Below, piece after piece: positions 28,169 to 37,676 of a stretch of 64,000 bases of DNA. The notes below the pieces were generated by a model, which ran no database searches, was not told the DNA's origin, and saw only the letters and a list, made by a program, of their open reading frames with translations. Where the stretch lies: positions 1 through 64,000 of the forward strand of contig JBBQUR010000011.1 of NCBI GenBank assembly GCA_038212275.1, read 5' to 3'. Origin of the DNA: Planctomycetota bacterium. Lineage in GTDB: Bacteria; Planctomycetota; B15-G4. The first letter of the stretch is position 1; the number at the start of each line of letters is the position of its first letter. The position numbers and the translations under genes are program-made.

Positions 28169-28218
28169 GGGACACTCCGTGTGCGGAAAGGCGAGAGCAT
28201 GCTGGCACCTCGCAGGCT

Positions 28219-28247
28219 CCTCTTCGGCAGGAAACCTGCCGAAGGGG
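28219..28247 (-). terminator. GC-rich hairpin downstream of the aldolase gene (possible terminator, no U-tract)
   Basis: CTTCGGCAGG-AAA-CCTGCCGAAG, a perfect 10-bp stem at 28222-28244. Confidence 0.5.
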
Positions 28248-28315
28248 GCCCGACGCCTGCCGGCCTGCACCGGGGCCGACCGGGCTGACCGGGCTGACCG
28301 GGCTGGTCGGCCGGC

Positions 28316-29344
28316 TCAGGCCGTGACCAGCTCCTTTTCCATCGCCTCGGTGTACTTGCCGAGGGCGGCGGCGCTGTTGCACTTCGCGCGCTTGAGGAAG
28401 GCCTTCTGCGCGGCGCCCACGTTGGCGGCCTTGCCCTTCCAGGCGTGCTGCGGTGCGTGCTGCAGCGCACGGCCGTAGCTGTAGGACAGCGGCCACGGGG
28501 ACTTGGCCATGCGGTTCATCGCGCCGAGGTGCGCCGTGGCGGCCTCGTCGCTCTGGCCGCCGGAGAGGAACACGATGCCCGGCACCGCGGCCGGCACCAC
28601 GCGGCGGAAGCAGTGCAGCGTCTGGGCCGCGACGTCCTCCACCGAGGCCTGCTTCTTGCAGCTCTGCCCGGCGATGATCATGTTCGGCTTGAGCAGGATG
28701 CCCTCGAGCACCACGCGGTGCTGGTGCAGGCTGTCGAAGACGCGGCGCAGCACCGACTCGGTCACGTCGAAGCAACGCTCGATGCTGTGGTCGCCGTCCA
28801 TGAGCACTTCGGGCTCGACGATGGGCACCACGTCGTGCGCCTGGCAGATGGCCGCGTAGCACGCCAGGCCCTCGGCTGCGGCATGCACGCCCACGTGCGT
28901 CGGCAGGTTCTTGCCAATGGTGATGACGGCGCGCCACTTGGCGAAGCGCGCGCCGAGCGCCTTGTACTCGTCGAGACGCTTGCCGAGACCGTCGAGCCCC
29001 TCGGTGAACTTCTCGCCGGCGCACAGCGGCATGTCGGAGACGCCCTTGTCCACCTTGATGCCCGGGATGATCCCGCGCTTGACGAGGATCTCCGGCAGCG
29101 GCACGCCCTTGGCGCTCTTCTGGCGGATGGTCTCGTCGTACAGAATGACGCCCGAGATGAACTTCTCCACCTTGGGCGCGGTGAACATCAGCTCGCGGTA
29201 GTCGCGACGGTTGGTCTCGGTGTTCTCGACGCCGATCGCCTTGAAGCGCTTCTCGATCGTGCCCGTGCTCTCGTCGGCGGCGAGGATGCCCCGCCCGTTC
29301 GCGACAATGTCCGTGGCGGTCTTGTTGAGGACGTCGATGTTCAT
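28316..29344 (-). CDS. class I fructose-bisphosphate aldolase
   Basis: GILAADESTGT, GIKVDKG, ARFAKWRAV, VPIVEPEVL, LLKPNM, FLSGGQS, SYGRALQ. Confidence 0.96.
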   Translation of the reverse strand: MNIDVLNKTATDIVANGRGILAADESTGTIEKRFKAIGVENTETNRRDYRELMFTAPKVEKFISGVILYDETIRQKSAKGVPLPEILVKRGIIPGIKVDKGVSDMPLCAGEKFTEGLDGLGKRLDEYKALGARFAKWRAVITIGKNLPTHVGVHAAAEGLACYAAICQAHDVVPIVEPEVLMDGDHSIERCFDVTESVLRRVFDSLHQHRVVLEGILLKPNMIIAGQSCKKQASVEDVAAQTLHCFRRVVPAAVPGIVFLSGGQSDEAATAHLGAMNRMAKSPWPLSYSYGRALQHAPQHAWKGKAANVGAAQKAFLKRAKCNSAAALGKYTEAMEKELVTA

Positions 29345-29510
29345 GGGACGTGGGTTCCGTTGGCGATGGGAGTGGGCGGTGCTGCGGCGCGGACGACGGG
29401 CTGCCCGACCGGCCCGCGCGACCCTGCCGCACAAGGCGTGCCGCAAGGGCGGGCGATGATACCGGGCGCCGCCCGCGCCGAAAACGGCGCCGCGCGCTGA
29501 AAACCGGGAC

Positions 29511-30563
29511 TCAGGCAGTCGTCGCCGGCCGCCGCACGCGCGCGGCCAGCTCCTGCCCGATGCCGAGGAAGGACCGGTGGTTCAGCGGGAACTCGAGCAG
29601 CACGTGGGCGAAGGAGAGCGCGAAGAGCCAGCGCAGGCCGGCTGCATAGTCCCAGGCGTAGAGCGCGAGCGAAGCGCCCCAGATGGCGACCACCGCGACC
29701 AGCCGCGGGCGCGGCACCTCGTGCCAGCCGATGACGGAGGTCTTCGAGAACCAGTTGAGATAGTGATAGGTGTAGGCGAAGGCGATGAAGCGCATGAGCT
29801 TCACGCTGGAGCCGTCGCTGAAGAGGTCCAGCGAGCCGAGCGACGCGAGCGGCACGCCGAACACGTCGTGAAGCAGCAACTGCGAGAGCCCGGCGAAGTT
29901 GCCGCCATAGCTGCCGCGGGCCCAGCCGCTGGCGACGTAGTGACCCGCTGGCAGCACGAAGGGCAGGGCCGCGCACGAGAGGAACACCACGAAGGAGGCG
30001 TAGCCGCTCGCGCTGCGCCCCTTGAGCGCGCCCCACAGGATGAACAGACCCGTGAACACGAAGACGTGCACGAGCGTCGTGAGGTAGGCCGCGAAGAACG
30101 CGAAGTACAGGCTGCCGATGGCCACGTCGAGGCTGGCATCCGGCGGCAGGCGCCACCACCACGTGCACGCCAGCAGCAGGAGAGCGAGCCCGAAGCGCAG
30201 GGCAAGGTCGCGCGTGAGCACGAAGACCAGCGCGAGGCCGAAGGCCAGGAAGGTGAAGTCCGCGGTGCTGCCGCGCAACCACGGCCCGATGCCCGCGCGA
30301 TCCAGCGCCGCCATGCCCGAGGCCCCCATGACGCTTGCCGTGCCCAGCGGAACGAGCACCGCGCACGCCAGCAGGGGCCACCAGTCGCTCCGCGCCGGCA
30401 GGAACCAGCGCCGGTCGTGCAGCCACGAGATCTCGGTCAGATAGTGCAGCGGACCGAGGATCGCGTAAGCCAGCAGGAAGAGCTCGAAGGGCAGCATGAA
30501 CGCCGCGGCCAGCGACGCCAGCATGAGCCCGATGTTGAGGAGATTGACCCGGGTCGCCGTCAC
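29511..30563 (-). CDS. polytopic membrane protein of unknown function with intramembrane histidines
   Basis: About 9 hydrophobic segments; LGPLHYLTEISWL, LVHVF, YTYHYLNWFSKT, HVLLEFPLN. Confidence 0.75.
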   Translation of the reverse strand: MTATRVNLLNIGLMLASLAAAFMLPFELFLLAYAILGPLHYLTEISWLHDRRWFLPARSDWWPLLACAVLVPLGTASVMGASGMAALDRAGIGPWLRGSTADFTFLAFGLALVFVLTRDLALRFGLALLLLACTWWWRLPPDASLDVAIGSLYFAFFAAYLTTLVHVFVFTGLFILWGALKGRSASGYASFVVFLSCAALPFVLPAGHYVASGWARGSYGGNFAGLSQLLLHDVFGVPLASLGSLDLFSDGSSVKLMRFIAFAYTYHYLNWFSKTSVIGWHEVPRPRLVAVVAIWGASLALYAWDYAAGLRWLFALSFAHVLLEFPLNHRSFLGIGQELAARVRRPATTA

Positions 30564-31411
30564 GGGCGGCCGCCGAGGGCGCGGCGCAGCGCCGCCAGCT
30601 CTTCGTCGGTCAGCGGGCGGTGGCGCCCTGCGGGAAGGCCCGCGAGCTGCAGCGGCCCCAGCCCCGTGCGCCGCAGCTCCAGCACGCGGCTGCCGACGGC
30701 CTCCAGCATGCGCCGCACCTGGCGGTTGCGGCCCTCGGTGATCGTGAGCGCGATGAAGCTGCGGTGATCGCCGTCGCGCAGGCGCTCCACGAGTGCGGGG
30801 CGCGTCGGCCCGTCCGCCAGCGCGACGCCGGCGCGCAGCGCATCGAGCTGCGCCTCACTGAGCAGCGTGGAGGCCTTCACGCGATAGGTCTTCGGGAGGT
30901 GGCTGGACGGGTCGGTGATCGCATCGGCCAGCGTCGTGTCGTTGGTGAGCAGCAGCAGGCCCGAAGTGTCGCGGTCCAGCCGCCCCACGGGCGCAACCCA
31001 GCCCGGGATGCCGCGCAACAGGTCGTAGACGGTGCGCCGGCCCTGCGGATCGCTTGCGGTGGTCACGCAGTCCTTCGGCTTGTGCAGCAGCACGAAGAGC
31101 GGCGCGGCGGCGCCGAGCGGCGCGCCGTCCAGCGCGACGCCGGCGCCGGCCTCATCTACCCAGGTTTCCGGATCGAGCACGACCCTGCCGCCGACGCTGA
31201 CGCGCCCCGCCGCGATGAGCGCGCGCGCCTCGGTACGCGAGCAGACCCCGGCGCGCGACAGCACGCGCTGCAGCGTCTTGCGCGCGCCGCCGGCGACCTT
31301 GCGGCCGCCGGCGGCATCACGATCGCCCGCGGCATCGCGATCGCCGGTGGCATCGCGATCAACGGTGGCATCGCGATCAACGGCATGCTGGCGACGTCGC
31401 GGCTCCGGCAT
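30560..31411 (-). CDS. RsuA/RluB/RluE-family pseudouridine synthase
   Basis: LQRVLSRAGVCSR (S4), HKPKDCVTT, PVGRLDRDTSGLLLLTND, EGRNRQVRRM; 18-bp repeats in the N-terminus. Confidence 0.93.
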   Translation of the reverse strand: MPEPRRRQHAVDRDATVDRDATGDRDAAGDRDAAGGRKVAGGARKTLQRVLSRAGVCSRTEARALIAAGRVSVGGRVVLDPETWVDEAGAGVALDGAPLGAAAPLFVLLHKPKDCVTTASDPQGRRTVYDLLRGIPGWVAPVGRLDRDTSGLLLLTNDTTLADAITDPSSHLPKTYRVKASTLLSEAQLDALRAGVALADGPTRPALVERLRDGDHRSFIALTITEGRNRQVRRMLEAVGSRVLELRRTGLGPLQLAGLPAGRHRPLTDEELAALRRALGGRP

Positions 31412-31412
31412 C

Positions 31413-32705
31413 TCAGTACGCGAAGCTCCAGCCCATGGACGCGAGGTAGTCCGTGCGGTGCTCCGCGCCGTTGACGTGCTCGTAGAGCGGCACGCCCACC
31501 GACGCGAAGAAGGAGCTGCGCTCGCTCATCGGTACGCGCACTCCGGGGGAAAGGAAAAGACGGTTGCCGCCGCTGTCGCCGTCGCGCACGCCGCCCACGG
31601 TCAGCTCCTCGCGGCGCACGCCGTTGAGTTCCAGCACGAGATCGTAACCGAGGTCCTCGCCGCCGTGCGCGTGCGCCGGGCCCTGCGTGTCGCCCGATGA
31701 CGCCGCGCCGTCGTCGTGCACGTGCATGCTGCCGTCGGCGTGCTGGTGCACGTGCGGCGCGGCGGGTTCGGCGTCCACGTGCGGGTCGGGCCCGCCGACG
31801 TGGTAGCTCCAGCCGAGGTTGTAGTTGATCACGTCCCCCAGGTTGGTGCCCTGGCTGCCGGTGTTGGCATGCGTGTACATGAGCTGCGTGCTCACGGTGT
31901 GACGGCCGAAGCGCCTGGTGGCGACGACGCCGAGGAGCGGGTCCCATGCCCCCGAGCCGGGCTGGTGCTCCGTCTCGAGCAAATCCCCGTCCGGGGCGTG
32001 CTCGCGATCCGCACCGGTGGGCAGCTGCATGCCCGCGATGAGCGCCACCTCGAACTGCGATGCCGTGTCGTTGAACACGCGGTACTGCCCGAAGAGCGTG
32101 GTGTCGCCCAGCCCGTTCACGTTGCCTTCGTCGGCCACGCCGCCGCCCTCGGCCGGTTCGCGGATGCCGTAGATGAAGACGTAGGGCAAGCGCGCGCCGA
32201 GCATGAAGTCGTCGGTCACGCCATACGCCGCGCCGATGTACGGCACCAGCTCGGTGTTGGCGCTGTCCGCTTCAATGCCCTGCTCGCCGAAGCTCTCCAG
32301 CTCCGCATTGCTGTAGCGGTCCACGTTGACGTACTCGACGCCGAGCGTCAGCGCGAAGAGCCCCTTGGGAAGTGTCGTGGCATTGGCCGTGTTGATCGGA
32401 CCGGCGCCGGCGCCGGCCACGCCCACCGTAGGATGGTCGGCGAGCGCACACGGCGTCGCGATGAGCAGCGCCGCCAGCGCGCGCCATGCCTGGCGGGCGA
32501 ATCGCGCGGCACTCCCGTGAAGCGTCACGAGTCGGCAGCAGGAGTCGGGCACGGCGCACACGCCGTGCGGAAGCGCGTCGGATGCTGCCGGCACGGTTGC
32601 CGGAAGCGAAGTCTTGTCGAATTGCGGAAACGAGGTCATGGAATGGGGTCCGTGCATGGCCGGGGGATGTTCCGGCCGCGGGTGCGGGATGGGGACGAGC
32701 GACAT
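31413..32705 (-). CDS. outer-membrane beta-barrel transporter-like protein (MetA-pathway/Pput_2725-like) with His-rich loop
   Basis: Signal region; GLGDTTL, LPTG, QPGSG motifs; HVHQHADGSMHVHDD loop; C-terminal aromatic (WSFAY). Confidence 0.7.
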   Translation of the reverse strand: MSLVPIPHPRPEHPPAMHGPHSMTSFPQFDKTSLPATVPAASDALPHGVCAVPDSCCRLVTLHGSAARFARQAWRALAALLIATPCALADHPTVGVAGAGAGPINTANATTLPKGLFALTLGVEYVNVDRYSNAELESFGEQGIEADSANTELVPYIGAAYGVTDDFMLGARLPYVFIYGIREPAEGGGVADEGNVNGLGDTTLFGQYRVFNDTASQFEVALIAGMQLPTGADREHAPDGDLLETEHQPGSGAWDPLLGVVATRRFGRHTVSTQLMYTHANTGSQGTNLGDVINYNLGWSYHVGGPDPHVDAEPAAPHVHQHADGSMHVHDDGAASSGDTQGPAHAHGGEDLGYDLVLELNGVRREELTVGGVRDGDSGGNRLFLSPGVRVPMSERSSFFASVGVPLYEHVNGAEHRTDYLASMGWSFAY

Positions 32706-32792
32706 CGCGACTCCGCACGTGCGGAATGCGACGAATTCTCCGTCGCCCGACGAGGGCGACCGGAGGAGGCATCCGGCGCGAGGCCGGGTCTC

Positions 32793-33179
32793 TCAGTCCC
32801 TCAGGCGCGGCGGCGGAGGCTCGGGTGACTCCGGGTGCTCGCCCGGAGGCGCGGCCGTCGCGCGGCGTGCGGCGCGCGCGGGACGGAGTCCCGGCAGTGA
32901 CATTGCCTGGTCCGAACACGTGCGCGGTGGCATGGGCGCGACGCTCAGCGAGCCGCCTTCGTGCGTTCCGCAGCGGCAGCCGTTGACGAGTTGCGGCGAA
33001 CGCTGCGCGTCGTCGCCGCAGCAGGAACCGGCCACATCGCCGGCGTCGGCGCAGCAGCAGGCGTCGGAGCCGCAGCCGGCCCCTCCCGAAAGGAGCGCGA
33101 AGAGCCCGCCGACCTCGCCGCACGGCGACGCCAGCAGAGCCAGCAGCACGCACACGATCGCGGCGGGAGAGCGACTCAT
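32793..33179 (-). CDS. small Cys-rich exported protein (DUF2946-like), ends in PEPPPPR
   Basis: MSRSPAAIVCVLLALLA..., ACCC, SCC, CRC, C-terminal PPPPR; ATG overlaps the RND stop. Confidence 0.6.
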   Translation of the reverse strand: MSRSPAAIVCVLLALLASPCGEVGGLFALLSGGAGCGSDACCCADAGDVAGSCCGDDAQRSPQLVNGCRCGTHEGGSLSVAPMPPRTCSDQAMSLPGLRPARAARRATAAPPGEHPESPEPPPPRLRD

Positions 33180-36100
33180 CTCGACACTGTGCCACCTTCG
33201 GGTCGGCGCCGGAAGGTCTCGCCGAGATCCCAGCCCAGCGACACGAGCGCGGGCACGAAGAAGAGCGTGAAGACCGTGCTCATCACGAGCCCGCCGACAA
33301 CCACGGCGGCGAGGCCCTGGTAGAGCTCGGCGCCCGCGCCGCGCCCGATGGCAAGTGGCAGCATGCCGAAGACCGTCGTGACCACGGACATGAGGATCGG
33401 GCGCAGGCGCGAACGCGCGGCCTCGGCCAGGGCGGCGCGGCGCTCGACACCGTCGGCGCGCAGGTTGTTGCTCTGGTGCACGATGAGGATGGCGTTGTTC
33501 ACCACGATGCCCGCGAGGATCACGAAGCCGAGCATCGAGAGCAGGTCGAAGCTGGCATCCGGCGACCAGGCGTGCGCCGCCGTGATGCCGTAGAGCCCGC
33601 CCGAGAGCGCGAGCGGCACCGACACCATGATCACCACCGGCGAGACCCAGCTCCGGAAGAGCGCGACGAGCAGCAGATAGGTGATGAGCAGCGCCAGCCA
33701 GAAGCTGTCGGTGAGCGCGGCCAGCGTGCTGCTGAATTTGTCGGCCGAGCCGCCCAGCGTCACGGACTCGTCCGCGGACATGCCGGCCAGCGCCGGCGGG
33801 ATGGCGCGCGTCGTCACGTCGTCGAGCACCGCCTGCAGCACTGCGTCGGGCCGCAGGTTGACGGTGAGCGTGATCGCGCGCTCGCGCTCGAGCCGGTTGA
33901 CCGAGACCGGGCCCGTTCCCGACTCCATGCTGGACACTGCGCCCAGCGTGGTGCGCCCGCCGCTCATCGTGACGAGCGGCAGCGAGCGCAGGTCGTTCGC
34001 GCTGTTCACGCGCTCCTGCGGCACGACGAGATTGATGTCGTGGTCGCGCGCGCCGTCGCTGAAAGTGCCCACGCGCCGGCCGGCGAGCGCCGTCTCCACC
34101 ACGCGCCCGACTTCCTGCACGGTGAGGCCCGCCTCGCCGGCGAGATGCCCGTCGGCGTGCACGGTCAGCTCGGGCCGGCCCTCGACGTAGTCGCTCGTCA
34201 CGCCGTTGGGCTGCACCGAGGACCACGTGGAGATCTCGGCGCGCAGTTTCTGCGCGGTCGCCGCGAGCTGACCCAGGTCGGGGCCGGTGATCTGCACCGT
34301 GAACTGCTTGCCGCTCTCGCGGAACAGGCTGCTGCGCACGGCGATGAGCGCGCGGAAACCCGGCACCGACATGCACACGGGAAAGAGCTTGGCCTGGTAG
34401 GCGTCGAGGCCGGGGCCGTCGGCATACTGGTCCTTCAGGATGACGCCGCCGCCCTGGAACTCGCCGGCGAGCACCAGGAAGTAGCGCTCGCTCTCCGGTT
34501 GATCCATGAGCCAGCGCTCGAGCGGCGCGGCCTGCTCGGCCAGCACCTCGTTGCGCATGCCGGGCACCGGCTGTCCGAAGAAGAAGATGAGATTGCTGTT
34601 GCCCGCGGGCAGGTAGCCCGCCTTGGGCACGATGAAGACCGCGCTCACCGAGACGATGACGACGGCGCCCACGAGCAGCAGCTTGGCGAGCACGGCCTGC
34701 CGGCCGGGCGCCGCCAGGCGTCCGACGGCGCGCCCGTACCAGCGCGTGAACGCTCCCGGCGGCCGCTCGTCGGCGACGACGACAGCGCCCGTCGTGCCGC
34801 CTGCCCGCGCGCCGGTCGCGGCGTCCTTCGCGGTGCGGCGCCGGTAGAAGATCGCGGAGAGGCAGGGCACCACGGTGAGCGACACGACGAGCGAGAGCCC
34901 GACGGCCGCGGCGATCGCCAGCGCGAGGTCCTCGAAGAGCTGCCCCGCCTCCTCCTTGATGCCGAGGATCGGGATGAACACGACCATCGTGGTGAGCGTG
35001 GAGGCGAGCACGCCGCCCCACACCTCGCGCCCGCCGTCGATGGCCGCGTCGCGCGCGCTCTTGCCCATCTCCAGGTGGCGGAAGGTGTTCTCCAGCACGA
35101 CGATCGCGTTGTCGACGACCATGCCCGCCGCGAAGGCGAGGCCCGCAAGACTCACCACGTTGAGCGTGCGGCCCGCCGCGTCCATCACCAGGAACACGGT
35201 GAGCAGCGAGATCGGAATCGACAGCGTGATGATGGCCACGCTGCGGATGCTGCGCAGGAAGAACATCAGCACGACCACCGCGAGCGCCGAGCCGTACCAG
35301 AGGTTGCTCCACACGAAGTCGAGCGCCTGATGCAGGTAGGTCGTGTCGCGGTAGACGGCGTTCAGCTGGAGGTCCAGGCCCTGCTGGTGGAAGCGCGCGT
35401 TGAGCGCGTCCAGCTCCTGGTCCACGCCGGCGATGAGGCGCACCACGTTGGCGTCGGGCTCGCTGCGCACGCCGATGGCCACGATGTCCTGCCCGCCGCT
35501 GTGCACCACCGAGCTGAGTTCGCGGTAGCCGTCCACGACGGTGGCCACGTCGCCGACGCGCACGGTGCCGCGCTCGTCGCGCCGCACGATGATGTCCGCG
35601 AGCGTCTGCGGATCCGAACTGCGCCCCTCGGTGCGCACGACGATCTGCCGCGTCTCGGTCTCCACGGTGCCGCCGCGCAGGTCCACCGCGCCGGAGCGCA
35701 GCGCCGACTCCAGCGCGTCCCACGTCACGGCGCGCGACGCGAGGCGCTCGGGGTCGACGAGCACGCGGATCTCGCGCTCCTCGCCGCCCACGACGAGCAG
35801 GCTGGCGACGCCGGGCACGCGCTGCAGGCGCGGCTCCACGAGGTCCGCCACGATCTGCCGCGTGCGATTGCTGCCGTAGGGGCCCTCGGTCGCGATCCAC
35901 ATGACCGCGTTGCCGCCCTGCTGCCCGGTGAGCGACACGACCGGCTTCTCCGCGTCCGGCGGCAGGCCCGTCAGCTCCGAGAGCTTGTTGATGACGTCGA
36001 CGACCGCGCGGTCCTTGGTCACGCCCCACGCGTATTCGAGCGTCACGGTCGAGCGGCCCTCGACGGAGGCGCTCGTGAGCTTGTCGAGGCCGTCCACGCT

Positions 36101-36316
36101 CTGCAGCAGGTCCTCGATCGCGCGCGTGACCTGCTCTTCCACTTCCTCGGGACTCGCGCCGCGGTACACGGTGTCCACCGTGATGATCGGGCTGTCCACC
36201 GACGGCTTGAGCTGCACCGGGATGCGCTGGTAGGCGAGCACGCTGAAGATCAGCGCGAGAATCACCGCCACCGCGACGGTGTAGGGGCGGTCGACGGCAA
36301 AACGGACCGGATCCAC
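33176..36316 (-). CDS. RND efflux permease (AcrB/AcrD/AcrF family)
   Basis: FAVDRP start, GASPEEVEEQVT, GMVVDNAIVVLEN, GIVVNNAIL, RLRPILMS, GGLVMSTVFTLFFVP. Confidence 0.95.
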   Translation of the reverse strand: MDPVRFAVDRPYTVAVAVILALIFSVLAYQRIPVQLKPSVDSPIITVDTVYRGASPEEVEEQVTRAIEDLLQSVDGLDKLTSASVEGRSTVTLEYAWGVTKDRAVVDVINKLSELTGLPPDAEKPVVSLTGQQGGNAVMWIATEGPYGSNRTRQIVADLVEPRLQRVPGVASLLVVGGEEREIRVLVDPERLASRAVTWDALESALRSGAVDLRGGTVETETRQIVVRTEGRSSDPQTLADIIVRRDERGTVRVGDVATVVDGYRELSSVVHSGGQDIVAIGVRSEPDANVVRLIAGVDQELDALNARFHQQGLDLQLNAVYRDTTYLHQALDFVWSNLWYGSALAVVVLMFFLRSIRSVAIITLSIPISLLTVFLVMDAAGRTLNVVSLAGLAFAAGMVVDNAIVVLENTFRHLEMGKSARDAAIDGGREVWGGVLASTLTTMVVFIPILGIKEEAGQLFEDLALAIAAAVGLSLVVSLTVVPCLSAIFYRRRTAKDAATGARAGGTTGAVVVADERPPGAFTRWYGRAVGRLAAPGRQAVLAKLLLVGAVVIVSVSAVFIVPKAGYLPAGNSNLIFFFGQPVPGMRNEVLAEQAAPLERWLMDQPESERYFLVLAGEFQGGGVILKDQYADGPGLDAYQAKLFPVCMSVPGFRALIAVRSSLFRESGKQFTVQITGPDLGQLAATAQKLRAEISTWSSVQPNGVTSDYVEGRPELTVHADGHLAGEAGLTVQEVGRVVETALAGRRVGTFSDGARDHDINLVVPQERVNSANDLRSLPLVTMSGGRTTLGAVSSMESGTGPVSVNRLERERAITLTVNLRPDAVLQAVLDDVTTRAIPPALAGMSADESVTLGGSADKFSSTLAALTDSFWLALLITYLLLVALFRSWVSPVVIMVSVPLALSGGLYGITAAHAWSPDASFDLLSMLGFVILAGIVVNNAILIVHQSNNLRADGVERRAALAEAARSRLRPILMSVVTTVFGMLPLAIGRGAGAELYQGLAAVVVGGLVMSTVFTLFFVPALVSLGWDLGETFRRRPEGGTVSR

Positions 36317-36317
36317 C

Positions 36318-37652
36318 TCAGCGGCCCGACGCGCCCGCGGCGGCGGCGGCAGACTCGCTCTCACCGGCCTGTGCCGAGGTGGCCTGTGCCGGCGCGAGCG
36401 GCGCGCCCGGGAAGACATTCTCGGCGCCGATGACGACGACCATGTCGCCGCTGCGCAGCGCACCCGGCTCGGCGCTCTCGATGGCGCTGCGCACGCCGTC
36501 GCTGGCCAGCACGCGCACCGGGACGATGCGGCCCGTCGGCGAGGGCGGCGGCGCGCCAGCCGGGGAGTTGCCCGCGGCGGCCGCGTCGGTGGCGGTCTTC
36601 GGCGGATCCATCACCGCGATGAAATGGCCGTGCTCGCCGAGCAACACGGAATCGGTGGGCACCACCGTCTCGCTCCGGGCGTGGCGGCGCTCCATGCGCG
36701 CGCGCACGAAAAGCCCGGGCATCAGGCGGCCGCCGTCGGCCTCCGGCTCGAGGCGCACCACGCCCTTGAAGGTGCGCGCGGCCGGGTTGGCGGCGGGCAG
36801 CAGTTCGTCCAGCACGGCGGTGACCTGCACGTCGGGGAGGTCGTCGCTGCGCAGCTGCACCACGGCGCCGGACTTCAGGTCCGCAGCCATGACGGCCGGG
36901 ATCTCCAGCCACACCTCGCGGCGCGCAAGGTCCACCAGCGTGAACGCCGGCGCGCCGGTCTGTGCGTAACTGCCGTCGGTGACGTCGCGCGCGACGATGG
37001 TGCCGTCGAAGGGCGCGCGCAGCTCGCACTGGGCAAGCAGCTCCTTGAAGCGGCCCACGTCCGCTTCGAACTGCACCGTGCGTGCGCGGGCCACGGCCGC
37101 GACGGAATCACGACGGCCGGTCTCGCTGGCGGAGAGCAGGTTGGCCCCCGCCGCGGCGCCGCGCTGCGCTTCGCTGACGGCATAGGCCTCATCGGCCTGC
37201 GCCGCGAGCAGTGCCGCCTCCGCCAGGGCCATCTCCTGCTTCGGCACCGCCTGGTCGAGGCCAGCCAGCACGGCTCCCTCGGCCACGACGTCGCCGAGGT
37301 CTGCGCGCACCTCGGTCACCCGGCCCGGGCGCTCGAAGGCCAGCACGGCCCAGCGCCGCGACACGACGTCGCCCACGATCTCGATGCTCTCGGAGACGTC
37401 ACCGGGCTCCGCGCGCACGGCCGTGACCGGGATGCGGAACACGAAACCGCCACCCCCGCCGCCGGCGGCCGGTGCGTCGGAGCAGCCGGCGAGCAGCGCG
37501 CCGGCGGCGGCACACGCCAGCACGGCATGCGCCAAGGCGCGCCGCACCGACTCGACGGGCGCGCGGGCGCGCCGCACCGGCACGACGAGCGCGCGGACGC
37601 GCCGCTGCGGGGATACGCGGTTCGAGATCGGGAACGTGTCTTTTGGAATCAT
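36318..37652 (-). CDS. RND periplasmic adaptor (membrane fusion) lipoprotein
   Basis: Lipobox LLAGC; GRVTEVRADLGDVV, LRAPFDGTI, LMPGLFVRA, VVPTDSV. True start probably downstream of 37652. Confidence 0.88.
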   Translation of the reverse strand: MIPKDTFPISNRVSPQRRVRALVVPVRRARAPVESVRRALAHAVLACAAAGALLAGCSDAPAAGGGGGGFVFRIPVTAVRAEPGDVSESIEIVGDVVSRRWAVLAFERPGRVTEVRADLGDVVAEGAVLAGLDQAVPKQEMALAEAALLAAQADEAYAVSEAQRGAAAGANLLSASETGRRDSVAAVARARTVQFEADVGRFKELLAQCELRAPFDGTIVARDVTDGSYAQTGAPAFTLVDLARREVWLEIPAVMAADLKSGAVVQLRSDDLPDVQVTAVLDELLPAANPAARTFKGVVRLEPEADGGRLMPGLFVRARMERRHARSETVVPTDSVLLGEHGHFIAVMDPPKTATDAAAAGNSPAGAPPPSPTGRIVPVRVLASDGVRSAIESAEPGALRSGDMVVVIGAENVFPGAPLAPAQATSAQAGESESAAAAAGASGR

Positions 37653-37676
37653 GCGCAACAGGCCTCGGGCCATAGC

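Noticed and set aside
32793..36029. 1078-aa minus-strand ORF
   Set aside because: It is an alternate frame of the RND gene; only the last 128 codons, from ATG 33179, look like a real protein.
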